Origin: Deltaproteobacteria bacterium
Lineage (GTDB): Bacteria > Desulfobacterota > BSN033 > UBA1163
NCBI GenBank assembly: GCA_018333535.1
Contig: JAGXTA010000071.1
Coordinates: forward strand, 35,100-99,099
DNA: 64,000 nucleotides
Reading direction: 5' to 3'
Every line of letters begins with the position of its first letter. Within the stretch, counting starts at the first letter, position 1. The notes beneath the pieces were generated by a model that saw only the letters and a program-made list of their open reading frames with translations, did no database searches and had not been told where the DNA came from. The position numbers were made by a program, and so were the translations under genes. Below, in pieces: positions 1 through 9,557 of the stretch.

Positions 1-312
1 CCTTGCGAGAAAATAGATCATTGGAATAGAAAGAGTTCCGGCGGTGAGAGGGATAATCCTGAGATCTCGCTCTGGTTTTTCAAAGGGATAAAAGAGATGG
101 GTCAGAACAAAAAAAAGAGGGGGATGAAGAAAGGTTGGATTCTCTTTGTAAAACTTAATCTGATCCCTGAATCCGTCCCGCGAATCGTTATAAGTATGAA
201 CCTCATCCAACCAAAGTGATTTCTGATCCAGATGATAGTACCTTAAGGCAAAGCCTATCAGGAGGCAGAGAATCAGGATAAAAATTTCTTTTCGCTTTGA
301 GTCACCCATAAC
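1..312 (-). CDS. GT-C family membrane glycosyltransferase (ArnT/PMT-like), N-terminal fragment; gene continues beyond the window start
   Basis: The reverse-strand ORF is open from an ATG at 310-312 to position 1. Its translation (MGDSKRKEIFILILCLLIGFALRYYHLDQKSLWLDEVHTYNDS...RIIPL...IPMIYFLAR) is clearly paralogous to the N-termini of ORFs 350-1906 and 2077-3669, including the WxDE motif. Confidence 0.7.
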
Positions 313-349
313 ACTTCATCCTCAGTCCTTCATCCTAAGACCTCAGCCC

Positions 350-1906
350 TTAATCGATCGGCATATCAATGCCCTTTTCGTCAGGTGATTTCGGGTTCCA
401 GAGAAAAAGGTACATCGAGGCATCGCTTGGAAACCTTCTAAAATGGGAAAAGCTTCCATCAAAATATCCTTTCAAGACAACAGGAGAATGTTTTTGAATT
501 TCTTTAGCTGCCTCTTTTCCTACCAGGACCCAAAGCCGTTTCGCATCAGCAGTGTATTGGTCGCAACAATGGTTGGAATTGTAGATCGTAAATCGTCTAT
601 CTTGAAAGGAGAGTGGAATCCTAATTTCAAACACCTTGGAATTGATCCAATAGAGGGGATTCTGATAATGTCTCCCTTCCGGGTAGATGCTGAAATAGTG
701 GAGGATGCCCGGGATGTACGTGTTGGATCTCACAAAGATCCTGTCCCCGTCTTGGAGTTGACCGCGGAGGTAAGAAACTACCCGTCTAAAATCCTGTTTC
801 TCAGATTGATAATAGAGGGGAAGGATCAAAAGGTTTGAGGCAATAAGGACAAGCAGAAAGAGAAGTTTTGGATTCAGAAATCGTTTGAGGGGCTTCCATT
901 TTGCCTCCATGGCATCAATAGACATGAGGAGTGCGATGAAGAAGAGAGGGAGAAAATTGATAAAGTACCTCGATGTGATGAACTGGGTGACATGAAATAA
1001 TCGACAGTAGGCATAGAGCCCTCCAATTGGAGCAATGAACATTGCGAGAAGAATGAACGCGTTTCTTTTTTCGTTAGAAACGAATGGGAAAAAGATGAGA
1101 AGGCTGACTGAGATGATGCCTAATACTGAACTCGAGGCCCAATCGTTCAGGACTGCAGAAAGAAGGGTTAAAAAGGGCCCAATCTCCTGAACCGTTAAGG
1201 GATCCATAATGGGTTGGCCTTTGTAATTTAAAGCAACAAAGAGCAACCAGGGGGCACAGAAAAGACAGATCATTCCATTTAGGATGAGAAGCGAGCGAAA
1301 AGGAGTCAGGAGTCGATTTCCCTCCCTTCGATAAAAGAAAAACAGTTGGGATAGGAGTATGAAGAGGAGTATGCTATAGCTTAAATAAACCAGCAGAGAG
1401 AAAGTCAATCCGGTGAAAAAGAGATATTTCTGCTTTGAGCTCTCCAGGTGCTTCATCAAAAAATAGAGACCTACCATTCCCCAAAAGAGAGTGAGAGAAT
1501 ATACCCGACCCTCTTGAGAATAATGGATATGATAAGTCATCAGGGCCAATGCGAAGGTGCATGGAAGGGCAATTCGGTGAGAGAACGATCGCGCGAGCAA
1601 ATAGATCATTGGCAGGGAGAGCATTCCGAAGATCAAGGGAATGATCCTCAGATCCCTTTCGGGTTTTGGAAAGGGGTAAAAAATATGGGTAAGGATGAAA
1701 AAGAGCGGGAGCTGAAGATGGGTAGGATTCTCCTGGTAGTATCGTAGTTGACCCCCCAGATCGTCCCTTGATTCGTTGAACGTATGGACTTCATCGATCC
1801 AAAGCGATTTTTTGTCGAAGGCATAGAATCTCAGCGCAAAACCGATGAGGAGGCAAAGAGCAAGAATAAGAATTTCTTTTCGTTTTGGGTTACTCATAAG
1901 AGGCAT
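350..1906 (-). CDS. GT-C fold polyprenyl-phosphate-dependent glycosyltransferase (ArnT / protein O-mannosyltransferase-like, GT39/GT83-like), 518 aa
   Basis: About 11 predicted TM helices are followed by a roughly 180-aa soluble C-terminal domain. A WIDEVH (DE) motif lies in the first loop after TM1, and RDLRIIPL matches the ArnT/PMT pattern. It is a tandem paralogue of 2077-3669. Confidence 0.7.
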   Translation of the reverse strand: MPLMSNPKRKEILILALCLLIGFALRFYAFDKKSLWIDEVHTFNESRDDLGGQLRYYQENPTHLQLPLFFILTHIFYPFPKPERDLRIIPLIFGMLSLPMIYLLARSFSHRIALPCTFALALMTYHIHYSQEGRVYSLTLFWGMVGLYFLMKHLESSKQKYLFFTGLTFSLLVYLSYSILLFILLSQLFFFYRREGNRLLTPFRSLLILNGMICLFCAPWLLFVALNYKGQPIMDPLTVQEIGPFLTLLSAVLNDWASSSVLGIISVSLLIFFPFVSNEKRNAFILLAMFIAPIGGLYAYCRLFHVTQFITSRYFINFLPLFFIALLMSIDAMEAKWKPLKRFLNPKLLFLLVLIASNLLILPLYYQSEKQDFRRVVSYLRGQLQDGDRIFVRSNTYIPGILHYFSIYPEGRHYQNPLYWINSKVFEIRIPLSFQDRRFTIYNSNHCCDQYTADAKRLWVLVGKEAAKEIQKHSPVVLKGYFDGSFSHFRRFPSDASMYLFLWNPKSPDEKGIDMPID

Positions 1907-2076
1907 ATCCTGTAAACCATATAAGACAGAAAAATAACTATTTGAGGCAATGGGTATCGTAATCTTGAAAACTTGGCACTTAAGTCTGGATCTTAATGAT
2001 CAGTCCTCGGTTCTCAAGATACTCTTCGAGACACGTGACAAGCCTGCATGCGGTAGGCAGTTGACACGGTCACGCA

Positions 2077-3621
2077 CTATTCAATGGGCATATCAATCCC
2101 CTTCTCCTCGGGTGATTTTGGGTCCCAGAGGAAAAGATAGATGGAAGCATCTGTTGGAAACCTGTTAAAATTCAGAAAGCTTCCATCAAAATAGCCCTTC
2201 AAAACACAGGGTAAAGTCTTCTTGATTGTTTTTGCGGTATTCTTGCCAGCAACAATCCACAACCGGCTTCCGTCCGCAACATATTCTTGACAGCAGGTGT
2301 AAGAGGAATAGATCGTATAATTTTTGTTTTTGTAAACGAAGGACTTTTTGAATTCAATTTCTTTTCCCGAAAATTTTTGAAAGGGAATGATATAATGTCT
2401 CCCTTCCGGATATACCCGAAAATAATGAAGTATTCCAGGCACGTATGTCATATTAAAATCAAAAATCTTATCCCCCTCCCTGAGTTGGCCCTTCAAATAA
2501 TTAACCAGCCCCCTCAAGTCCTGTTTTTCAGCGTTGTAGTAAAAGGGCAGGATGACAAGGTTGGAAGCCGTAAACAGGATAACAAATAATACCCTCAGGC
2601 GCATAACCCCTTTTAGTCTTTTAAATCTATCTTCTATGGCACTAAGCGAAAGATATAACGCAATAAAAAAGAGAGGCAAAAAATTGATGAAATATCTGGA
2701 GGTAACAAAATGATTTACATTCCACAACTTACAAAATAGATAAAGCGCTACAATTGGAAATATGAAAACTGCCAAAAGAATGAGGGCGTTTCTCTTGTTT
2801 TTTGAGAAAAATGGAAAAAGTATGAGAAGGGTTATCGAAGTTATGATCAAAGGTAAATGGGGTACCCAATCGTGGAATATCCCATATAGGAAATCTCCCA
2901 AGGAGATAGGAAACCTGAGTTGATAGGGGTCCATCAAGGGTTGCCCCTTATAATTGACTGCTGCGAAAAGCACCCAAGGAAGGCAGAGGAGAAAGACTAA
3001 ACCATTTAAAATTAAGAAAGAAGAGAGCTTTTTATGATTCTCCTCATTTGCCCGATAGAACCAGAGAATCTGAGATAGAGCAATGAAGGGAATTGAACTG
3101 TAACTTGTATAAAATGAACTGGCAAAAAAGAGCGCAACAGGAATCAAATATCTATTCTTTAACGTTTCAAGGTGTTTTAAAAAAAAGTAGAGGCCAGCCA
3201 TTCCGAAAAACAGGAGCAATGAATAGGAGCGACCATCTTGGGAGAGATAGATATGATAGGTCATGAGGGATAAAGAAAGGGTACATGAAATGGCAATATT
3301 AGGAGAGAACGATCTTGCAAGAAAATAGAACATGGGAATGGATAGAGTTCCAAAGATTAATGGAATAATACGAAGATCTCTTTCTGGTTTTGTAAAGGGA
3401 TAGAATAAATGAGTGAGGATAAAGAAGAGGGGGGGGTGAAGGAAAGTTGGATTCTCTTCGTAATATTTTAATTGCTCTTGGATGCCATATCTTGAATCAT
3501 TAAATGTATAAATTTCATCCAGCCATAAAGATTTTTGATCGTAGGTATAAAATCTTAGAGCAAAACCCATGAGAAGGCAGAGGAGAACAAGAAGTATCTC
3601 TTTTTTAAAAGGTTTATTCAT
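2077..3621 (-). CDS. GT-C fold glycosyltransferase (ArnT/PMT-like), paralogue; start likely MNKPFKKE at 3621, although the ORF is open to 3669
   Basis: The protein is collinear with the 350-1906 product over its whole length and carries the same WLDEIY and RDLRIIPL motifs. It has many TM helices and a C-terminal soluble domain. Confidence 0.7.
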   Translation of the reverse strand: MNKPFKKEILLVLLCLLMGFALRFYTYDQKSLWLDEIYTFNDSRYGIQEQLKYYEENPTFLHPPLFFILTHLFYPFTKPERDLRIIPLIFGTLSIPMFYFLARSFSPNIAISCTLSLSLMTYHIYLSQDGRSYSLLLFFGMAGLYFFLKHLETLKNRYLIPVALFFASSFYTSYSSIPFIALSQILWFYRANEENHKKLSSFLILNGLVFLLCLPWVLFAAVNYKGQPLMDPYQLRFPISLGDFLYGIFHDWVPHLPLIITSITLLILFPFFSKNKRNALILLAVFIFPIVALYLFCKLWNVNHFVTSRYFINFLPLFFIALYLSLSAIEDRFKRLKGVMRLRVLFVILFTASNLVILPFYYNAEKQDLRGLVNYLKGQLREGDKIFDFNMTYVPGILHYFRVYPEGRHYIIPFQKFSGKEIEFKKSFVYKNKNYTIYSSYTCCQEYVADGSRLWIVAGKNTAKTIKKTLPCVLKGYFDGSFLNFNRFPTDASIYLFLWDPKSPEEKGIDMPIE

Positions 3622-3631
3622 CAGGGAAACC

Positions 3632-4408
3632 TTAATTTTTTCTTGCCACACATAAGATCGAGACCCCAAAGGGGAACGAAATATATCTCAAGAGATAAGG
3701 CTCAAGGGAAAATATGGTTTTAAGGAAAATATTGATTAAGGGATGATTAATCTTATTTTCCGATTCAATCAGAAGCCCCAGAAGATCAATGATGCGTCTA
3801 GTAATAAGGATGGGAAAGAATAAGAAAAAATTAAAATAAGATGATCTTAAGATATCGAACCCTTCTTGTCTTAATTTATTCGTAATTTCTTTTATTGTAT
3901 ATCGCCTCTTATGCCCTGTCACTACATCCTGAATTCCCCAGAGAGACTTGAAGGCTGGAACAGTTAAAATCAGATCACCTCCTTTTTTTAAAACCCGATA
4001 AAGTTCACTTATCCCGTTAACGTCGTTATCAAGATGTTCGAGGACATCCATCGCAACAATTAGGCCTATAGAGTTGGATCGGAGGGGTAATTTATTTAAA
4101 TTTCCATTTATTAAAGGCAATTTTAATCTTCTTTTGACAAGGGTAAGGGCATAGAGTGAATGGTCCAAGCCGATTGTATGAATTCCTTTTGAACTTAATA
4201 CGTTGAGGTTTGATCCTACACCACAACCAATATCGATCGCCAATTCTTTCGATGAAATATTAATAGAAGATAAGAGGTATTCAAGTATTTTTCTTCTAAC
4301 AGTGAACCACCAGTGCAAGCTTTCAACCTGCCATTCGATGTCGTAATTCGTCTCCCTAAGTTTGGAGTCAGTCATTAATTTATGGATTGTAAATTGTGAG
4401 ATTATCAA
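3632..4408 (-). CDS. class I SAM-dependent methyltransferase
   Basis: It has a glycine-rich SAM-binding motif (IDIGCGVGSNLNVL), a VAMDVLEHLD motif, and a small MTase-11-like architecture. Confidence 0.8.
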   Translation of the reverse strand: MIISQFTIHKLMTDSKLRETNYDIEWQVESLHWWFTVRRKILEYLLSSINISSKELAIDIGCGVGSNLNVLSSKGIHTIGLDHSLYALTLVKRRLKLPLINGNLNKLPLRSNSIGLIVAMDVLEHLDNDVNGISELYRVLKKGGDLILTVPAFKSLWGIQDVVTGHKRRYTIKEITNKLRQEGFDILRSSYFNFFLFFPILITRRIIDLLGLLIESENKINHPLINIFLKTIFSLEPYLLRYISFPFGVSILCVARKN

Positions 4409-4503
4409 TTAAAATTGTTTACATTATTTCACAAACTTACTTTGATTGCAAATTTCAATCCAACTTCTTATTTAAACTACTTCATAGAAATCGGATTTTG
4501 GGT

Positions 4504-5298
4504 ATGCCTTATAAAGATAGAACCATAAAAGATTTTGGAAAACAATGGCTTCGATACCCCGACAATGAGGGATATTACGGTTCCCTTGAATTGCTTGCAG
4601 ATATCCTCTCTCCATTTTTAAAAATAGACGAATTGAAGAATTCCAGGGTTGCAGAAATCGGAAGCGGGACTGGCAGGATCATTAATATGTTGCTTCAGTC
4701 CGATGTTAAGCATGTTGTCGCTGTGGAGCCCTCTGATTCATTTGAGGTTTTGGCTCGTAATATTCGAAATTCTGAAAGGGTGACCTGCCTTAAAACGACT
4801 GGGGATCAATTACCCCCCTACGGAGATCTGGATTATGTTTTTTCTATAGGTGTTTTACACCACATTCCTGATCCAAAGCCAGTGGTTGGAGCGGCATTTA
4901 GGGCCTTACGGCCAGGGGGACAATTTTTATTATGGCTATATGGAAAAGAAGGAAATGAACCCTATCTTGCACTGATCAAGCCACTGAGAGTCCTGACAAG
5001 ACCATTGCCCCATCTGGCTCTTGCATCACTTGTTTGGCTTATTTACCACTCCCTCAATCTTTATATTCGTCTTTGTCACAGGTTTCAATTACCTCTTAGA
5101 GAGTATCTTTTATCTATCTTCGATAAGATGTCCCCGGAGAAACGGAGACTCATTATTTACGACCAGCTTAATCCTGCTTATGCAAAATATTACACAAGGC
5201 AGGAAGCCATTAAATTATTGGAAGATAAAGGATTTGTGAATGTCAGAATCCACCACCGCCATGAATATAGCTGGACCGTCATTGGCACGAAACCTTAA
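4504..5298 (+). CDS. class I SAM-dependent methyltransferase
   Basis: It has a VAEIGSGTGRI SAM motif and LRPGGQFLLW. The start was chosen at MPYKDRT; the ORF is open from 4396. Confidence 0.75.
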   Translation: MPYKDRTIKDFGKQWLRYPDNEGYYGSLELLADILSPFLKIDELKNSRVAEIGSGTGRIINMLLQSDVKHVVAVEPSDSFEVLARNIRNSERVTCLKTTGDQLPPYGDLDYVFSIGVLHHIPDPKPVVGAAFRALRPGGQFLLWLYGKEGNEPYLALIKPLRVLTRPLPHLALASLVWLIYHSLNLYIRLCHRFQLPLREYLLSIFDKMSPEKRRLIIYDQLNPAYAKYYTRQEAIKLLEDKGFVNVRIHHRHEYSWTVIGTKP

Positions 5299-5651
5299 CT
5301 TAAGGTTTTTATTCCTGCATTCCTGGCCTCCTTATCAGGAATCTTCTCATTAGGAACCCAGGAATCCAGGAACAAATGACTCTTGACTTGGCAAGGTGAA
5401 GTGGTGAGGGCTATGAAGCCGGTTTGGTGAAAGGTCAACGGGTTAGGGCTGATAATTTTAAAACGATGCCTTTACCCCGTTAGAAATAATACCCAATTGA
5501 GTTTCAATTTTGCTTGAATTTAATTTCTAACGGGGTTTACCCTTGGACCAAACTGGCATCCCCACATTTGCTCAGTGACTTCTTACTTTCCTGCATTCCC
5601 CCGCAGCGCAAGCGCTTGCGCTGCGTGTGGCTTCCTTATGGGGGGCCTTTG

Positions 5652-6125
5652 TTAAATCCTTTCCAAAAGGCACTTCTTTAAACCCTCCCAGTCCTTGTAA
5701 AATAGATCAAAGGATTTTAGGGCTGTTTCTGTCAGACGGACAACTTTTTCAGGTGCAATTAAATAGGTATAGATCCTTCGGAGTTTGTGCCGGTAGGCCC
5801 TCAGTATATTAAGTGAAGAATAGGTCTCTTCCGAAATGATCTCCGGCCTGACATGAGGGATGGCGTAGCTTGCCCTCTTGAGCAAGGCGGTATGGTAATC
5901 CAATGCCGTTGGGATATCCCCATCGATTCCTTTGATGATCATTTCCAATATCTTTTCATATCCCGTATAAATCGAATGCAATGTCAGGGCAATGGCCTTA
6001 ATATGGGAGTCGATGTTCTCAGGATCCCTTTCGGCATGAAGTTTCTCCTTTTTTCTTTTCAGGGCATCGATTTCTTTTGAAATGAATCGAATCTCATTTT
6101 CTACATCGACCATGAGGGCTTCCAC
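5652..6125 (-). CDS. HEPN-domain nucleotidyltransferase substrate-binding protein (HI0074-like), toxin-like partner of the upstream MNT
   Basis: It is helical and about 150 aa, with R-x4-H-like motifs (RAYRHKLRRIY). It overlaps the preceding nucleotidyltransferase gene by about 25 nt, the typical MNT/HEPN operon layout. Confidence 0.6.
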   Translation of the reverse strand: MEALMVDVENEIRFISKEIDALKRKKEKLHAERDPENIDSHIKAIALTLHSIYTGYEKILEMIIKGIDGDIPTALDYHTALLKRASYAIPHVRPEIISEETYSSLNILRAYRHKLRRIYTYLIAPEKVVRLTETALKSFDLFYKDWEGLKKCLLERI

Positions 6126-6454
6126 AGAACGGCCTCCTTTATAATCCGGTCTAAAATCTCTTTCCGAATCTCTTTCTCTTCTTCACAAAACAGGATGTCA
6201 TATTCCACATTTCTCAAAATGTCTTCGAGTTTCCCTTCAATTTCAAGATGTCTTTCCTCATCAATCCCTTTCACAAAAAAATCGACATCCGAATTCTCCG
6301 TAAATTTATCAGGGGTTGTAACGGACCCAAATAGATAAACCTCTTTGGCTCCTTCTCGGTATAAAAAATCAACCGCCGCTTTTACCTCAGGCAAAATCGA
6401 TTTATGCCTTTTAAGTCGAAGTTCCTGCCTTCTCCTCTTTAAAATGGTTTCCAT
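6101..6454 (-). CDS. minimal nucleotidyltransferase (MNT) antitoxin-like protein
   Basis: It has the polymerase-beta-type GS-x(9-13)-D-x-D motif (LFGSVTTPDKFTENSDVDFFV). The start is probably METILKRRRQ. Confidence 0.7.
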   Translation of the reverse strand: METILKRRRQELRLKRHKSILPEVKAAVDFLYREGAKEVYLFGSVTTPDKFTENSDVDFFVKGIDEERHLEIEGKLEDILRNVEYDILFCEEEKEIRKEILDRIIKEAVLWKPSWSM

Positions 6455-6966
6455 ACAATCATATTTACCATATCTTAAAATAATGGTCAATTTTATCGTT
6501 ATGCTCGGAAGCATTGATCAACGCTGAGCTAAACGCAGGCCTTTAGATCGGAGAATTGAAAGGTTGACTTTTGGTATGGAAAGATTTAATAATTCCAACT
6601 ATATTAATCATTTCGGGCAGTTTCATTCTTTCTCCTGTATTCCTGGCTTCCTTATAAGGAATTCATGAAGGCAGGAATTGAAATGGAATAAAGGATTTTT
6701 ATGAATTCTCATGTATTCCTGGCTTCCTTATCATAAGGAAACCATGAAGCCATGAAAGAAACCAAAATATGGGCATTTGAATCTTTCCTGTATTCCTGGC
6801 TTCCTTATAACAAAAATTGTCACTTCCTGGACAAAAAGCGTAAATGAAAAGAGAGTTTTATTATTGGATTGAATCTTGAAATAAGCCCTCACAAACGATT
6901 TAGAAAAATTGTCCAATAATATCAATCAAATATGCAGTCATTTAATTTTTGTTTTAATTTTTAAAA

Positions 6967-6986
6967 TCTGGCATAGATTATGCTTT
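6967..6986 (+). promoter_or_regulatory. sigma-54 (-24/-12) type promoter upstream of the pilin gene
   Basis: The sequence CTGGCATAGATTATGCTT has GG and GC separated by exactly 10 nt and sits about 135 nt upstream of pilA1. The same TGGCATA-N-TATTTGCT motif recurs at 37340 and 43627. Confidence 0.5.
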
Positions 6987-7121
6987 ATTATCCTCAAAAA
7001 TTAAAAAAAGGAGGTGATCGTAAAAAGGTTTCGTTGATGGGTTAGGGTGAGGATGCCCGATGAAGGCTTCATGATAAAGAAACAAAAAACAATTTACAAA
7101 AAACAATAAAGGAGGTTCATT

Positions 7122-7574
7122 ATGTTAAGGAAACAGACAGGTTTTACATTGATTGAGTTGTTGATCGTTATTGCCATCATCGGTATTCTGGCTGCAATCG
7201 CCATCCCGATGTATAAGACACAGACGGTCAAGGCGAAGTTGACGGAAGTGACCAATACGATGAGTAACGTTTCAAGCGCTGTTGCTGCTTACATTCAAGA
7301 AGGCAACGGATGGCCGACTGCTCCCACCTTCACTGAGATTGCAAGTAGCTTGGGTGTCTCCGTTCGTTCCGTTGTTCATAGTGCTACACCAGGTGGACGG
7401 ATTAGCGCTATCGACGTAACCAATGGAGTCATTACTGCATCGGTTACAAATATTGATGTTGTAGTGAATAATTCGAATATAATTTTGACTCCGGCTTCTA
7501 ACGCGACCGATGGATCAATTACATGGGGGTGGAGTACCACGAATATGCCAGCGGCATATATGCCTAAAAGGTAA
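7122..7574 (+). CDS. pilA: type IVa major pilin
   Basis: It has a 7-aa leader (MLRKQTG) followed by FTLIELLIVIAIIGILAAIAIP with E at +5, the class III signal peptide. The protein is 150 aa, has no Cys, and has a Ser/Thr-rich C-terminal half. A strong RBS (AAAGGAGG) precedes it. Confidence 0.9.
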   Translation: MLRKQTGFTLIELLIVIAIIGILAAIAIPMYKTQTVKAKLTEVTNTMSNVSSAVAAYIQEGNGWPTAPTFTEIASSLGVSVRSVVHSATPGGRISAIDVTNGVITASVTNIDVVVNNSNIILTPASNATDGSITWGWSTTNMPAAYMPKR

Positions 7575-7608
7575 TCAAAGGATCTAACAACCAATCATAA
7601 TGTTGGAT

Positions 7609-7672
7609 TAATGTTGGTGCCCGAAGAAGGATGCGGGTGAGTATCTTCGGGCACTAACATTATTATTTAATC
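7609..7672 (+). terminator. rho-independent terminator-like hairpin after pilA1
   Basis: An 11-bp perfect stem (GTGCCCGAAGA ... TCTTCGGGCAC) is extended by the imperfect stem AATGTTGG/TAACATT, with an A/T-rich tail. Confidence 0.5.
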
Positions 7673-7715
7673 TGAAAGAAAAGAAACCCTTAATTCGATG
7701 TAGTAAGGGTTTTAA

Positions 7716-8159
7716 ATGATAAAGATGAAATCAGGTTTCACCCTGATCGAGTTATTGGTGGTGATTGCAATCATAGGCATTTTGGCCGCGGTGGCCCTTC
7801 CCCTTTATATGGGCCATACGATCATGGCCAAATTGTCTGAAGTAGAGAATGCGATGTCCACTGTTGCAAGTGGCGCTACAGCATTTTATTATGATCAAAA
7901 TTCATGGCCTAATTGTCCTTCGATAAATGAGGTTATAAACAGTTTGGGAGTAGGATTGGGGGCTATTTCAAGGATTAACGCATTATCTGTTTCAAATGCG
8001 AACGGAATGATTACTGCGACAATACAAAATATTAATCCATTAGTGGATAACAAGACATTGACATTAACACCCGGTACAAGTAGTGATGGTTCAATAACCT
8101 GGAATTGGGGATGGTCTGCGGATTTTCCTCCTCAATTTAGGCCAAAAAGCGGTAGATAA
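7716..8159 (+). CDS. type IVa pilin paralogue 2
   Basis: It begins MIKMKSG|FTLIELLVVIAIIGILAAVALP. It shares the C-terminal motif SDGSITWNWGWS with pilA1 (DGSITWGWS). Confidence 0.85.
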   Translation: MIKMKSGFTLIELLVVIAIIGILAAVALPLYMGHTIMAKLSEVENAMSTVASGATAFYYDQNSWPNCPSINEVINSLGVGLGAISRINALSVSNANGMITATIQNINPLVDNKTLTLTPGTSSDGSITWNWGWSADFPPQFRPKSGR

Positions 8160-8161
8160 GA

Positions 8162-8557
8162 ATGAAATCGAATAAAGGAATTACCCTGATTGAATTATTA
8201 ATAGTGATAATCATTGTAGGAATTTTGGCGGCCATAGCCATCCCCACCTACACCGGATATATGGTTAGGGCACGCAGGGCAGATGCCAAAACTGCGTTAG
8301 AGCAATTCAGAGCTGCACAGGAGATGCGAAGGGCTGAAAGGGGTGGATATTCAACCGATATCACAGAACTTCGAACTACCTGGGGTGTTCCAGCAGTGGC
8401 CGGAGATTATAATGTGGATTTTCTAGCTGCGGCTGTTTTAACACCTAATTCTTTTACGGCAGAAGCACTGCCCTGGAATGCGAGGCAAGCAGGAGATGGA
8501 AGTTTATTGATCGATTATCGAGGAAATAAAACCCCGGCTGATAAATGGGCCAAATGA
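8162..8557 (+). CDS. type IV pilin paralogue 3 (short, 131 aa)
   Basis: It begins MKSNKG|ITLIELLIVIIIVGILAAIAIP. Its C-terminal domain is divergent, and it starts 3 nt after the pilin-2 stop. Confidence 0.8.
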   Translation: MKSNKGITLIELLIVIIIVGILAAIAIPTYTGYMVRARRADAKTALEQFRAAQEMRRAERGGYSTDITELRTTWGVPAVAGDYNVDFLAAAVLTPNSFTAEALPWNARQAGDGSLLIDYRGNKTPADKWAK

Positions 8558-8650
8558 AACCTTGATGTTGGAATATTGGAATCATGGAATAATGGAATGA
8601 TGTCAATACTGAAAGGATAGGCGCTGGACAGAAAGCAAATACAGGAAAGC

Positions 8651-8742
8651 CAAAGCGAGACCCAAAGCGAGACCCAAAGCGAGACCCAAAGCGAGACCCA
8701 AAGCGAGACCCAAAGCGAGACCCAAAGCGAGACCCAAAGCAA
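8651..8742. repeat. 12-bp perfect tandem repeat (AGCGAGACCCAA), about 7.5 copies
   Basis: The repeat is read directly at 8651-8742, immediately 3' of pilin 3. The minus-strand ORFs across it encode only GSRF/LALG repeats and are artefacts. Confidence 0.9.
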
Positions 8743-8822
8743 GATAATGATTTATCTTGCTTTTTTTGTTTAATCCATATAATAAGGAAGCCAGGAATAC
8801 AGGAAGTGGTGGAGACTTTAAA

Positions 8823-9116
8823 ATGAAAACCATTGCAGAGATAAGAACACTTCTTGCTGAGCATAAAAATGAACTCATAGAAAAATATGGGATAAAGGAA
8901 ATAGGTGTCTTCGGATCATACTTAAGGGAAGAGCAGAAAGAAACAAGTGACATTGATATTTTGGTTGGATTTAAAAGACCTGTTGGAATGCTAACGTTCA
9001 TTAACCTAAAAAATTATCTATCGGATCTCTTTGGAATCAATGTGGATCTTGTGACAAAAAAGGCCCTTAAACCAAGAATAGGTCAGAGAATTCTCAGCGA
9101 AGTTGTCTATGTATAA
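8823..9116 (+). CDS. nucleotidyltransferase (MntA-like antitoxin)
   Basis: It has the motifs [21 protein letters not shown] and VDLV. It is followed by a HepT gene with a 14-nt overlap. Confidence 0.75.
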   Translation: MKTIAEIRTLLAEHKNELIEKYGIKEIGVFGSYLREEQKETSDIDILVGFKRPVGMLTFINLKNYLSDLFGINVDLVTKKALKPRIGQRILSEVVYV

Positions 9117-9453
9117 AAACCGGGAAGTGATAGACTTTCTTGAAGATACCTTGAATGCAATGGTGAAGGCTGAACTTTTTATTGCTGATATGACGTATGA
9201 AGAATTCCTTAAAGATGAAAAAACTATTTTTGCTGTAATAAGGGCAATTGAGGTAATTGGAGAAGCTCTAAAGCATGTTCCTCCAGAGCTTCGTCAGAGA
9301 TTCAGTGATATTCCGTGGCGTGATATTACAGGCATGAGAGATATTCTTATTCATGAATACTTTGGGGTTGATCTTGAAACGGTATGGGAGACGGTAAAAA
9401 CAGATATACCCTCAATAAAACCGCTGATTGTTGAACTTTTGAACAATATATAA
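9103..9453 (+). CDS. HepT-like HEPN toxin (DUF86)
   Basis: It has the R-x4-H-x-Y HEPN motif (RDILIHEY) near the C-terminus and is 116 aa, the typical HepT size. Confidence 0.75.
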   Translation: MSMYKNREVIDFLEDTLNAMVKAELFIADMTYEEFLKDEKTIFAVIRAIEVIGEALKHVPPELRQRFSDIPWRDITGMRDILIHEYFGVDLETVWETVKTDIPSIKPLIVELLNNI

Positions 9454-9557
9454 ACGAAGCATGGTGAGCAATCATAGACAAGAGCATTGATCCGAGTTTC
9501 GACATTTGTTTAATCCATATAATAAGGAAGCCATGAAGGCAGGAAAGTAAGAAGTCA

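Noticed and set aside
8651-8742. Possible CRISPR array
   Set aside because: The units are 12 bp and directly abutting with no spacers. The dispersed 24-mer repeats are irregularly spaced and variable. No cas genes are present.
8454-9001. Minus-strand ORFs 8454-8864, 8515-8742 and 8603-9001 encoding GSRFGSRF..., LWVSLWVS... and LALGLALG... peptides
   Set aside because: They are translations of the 12-bp tandem repeat in three frames. They have no start context and no protein-like composition.
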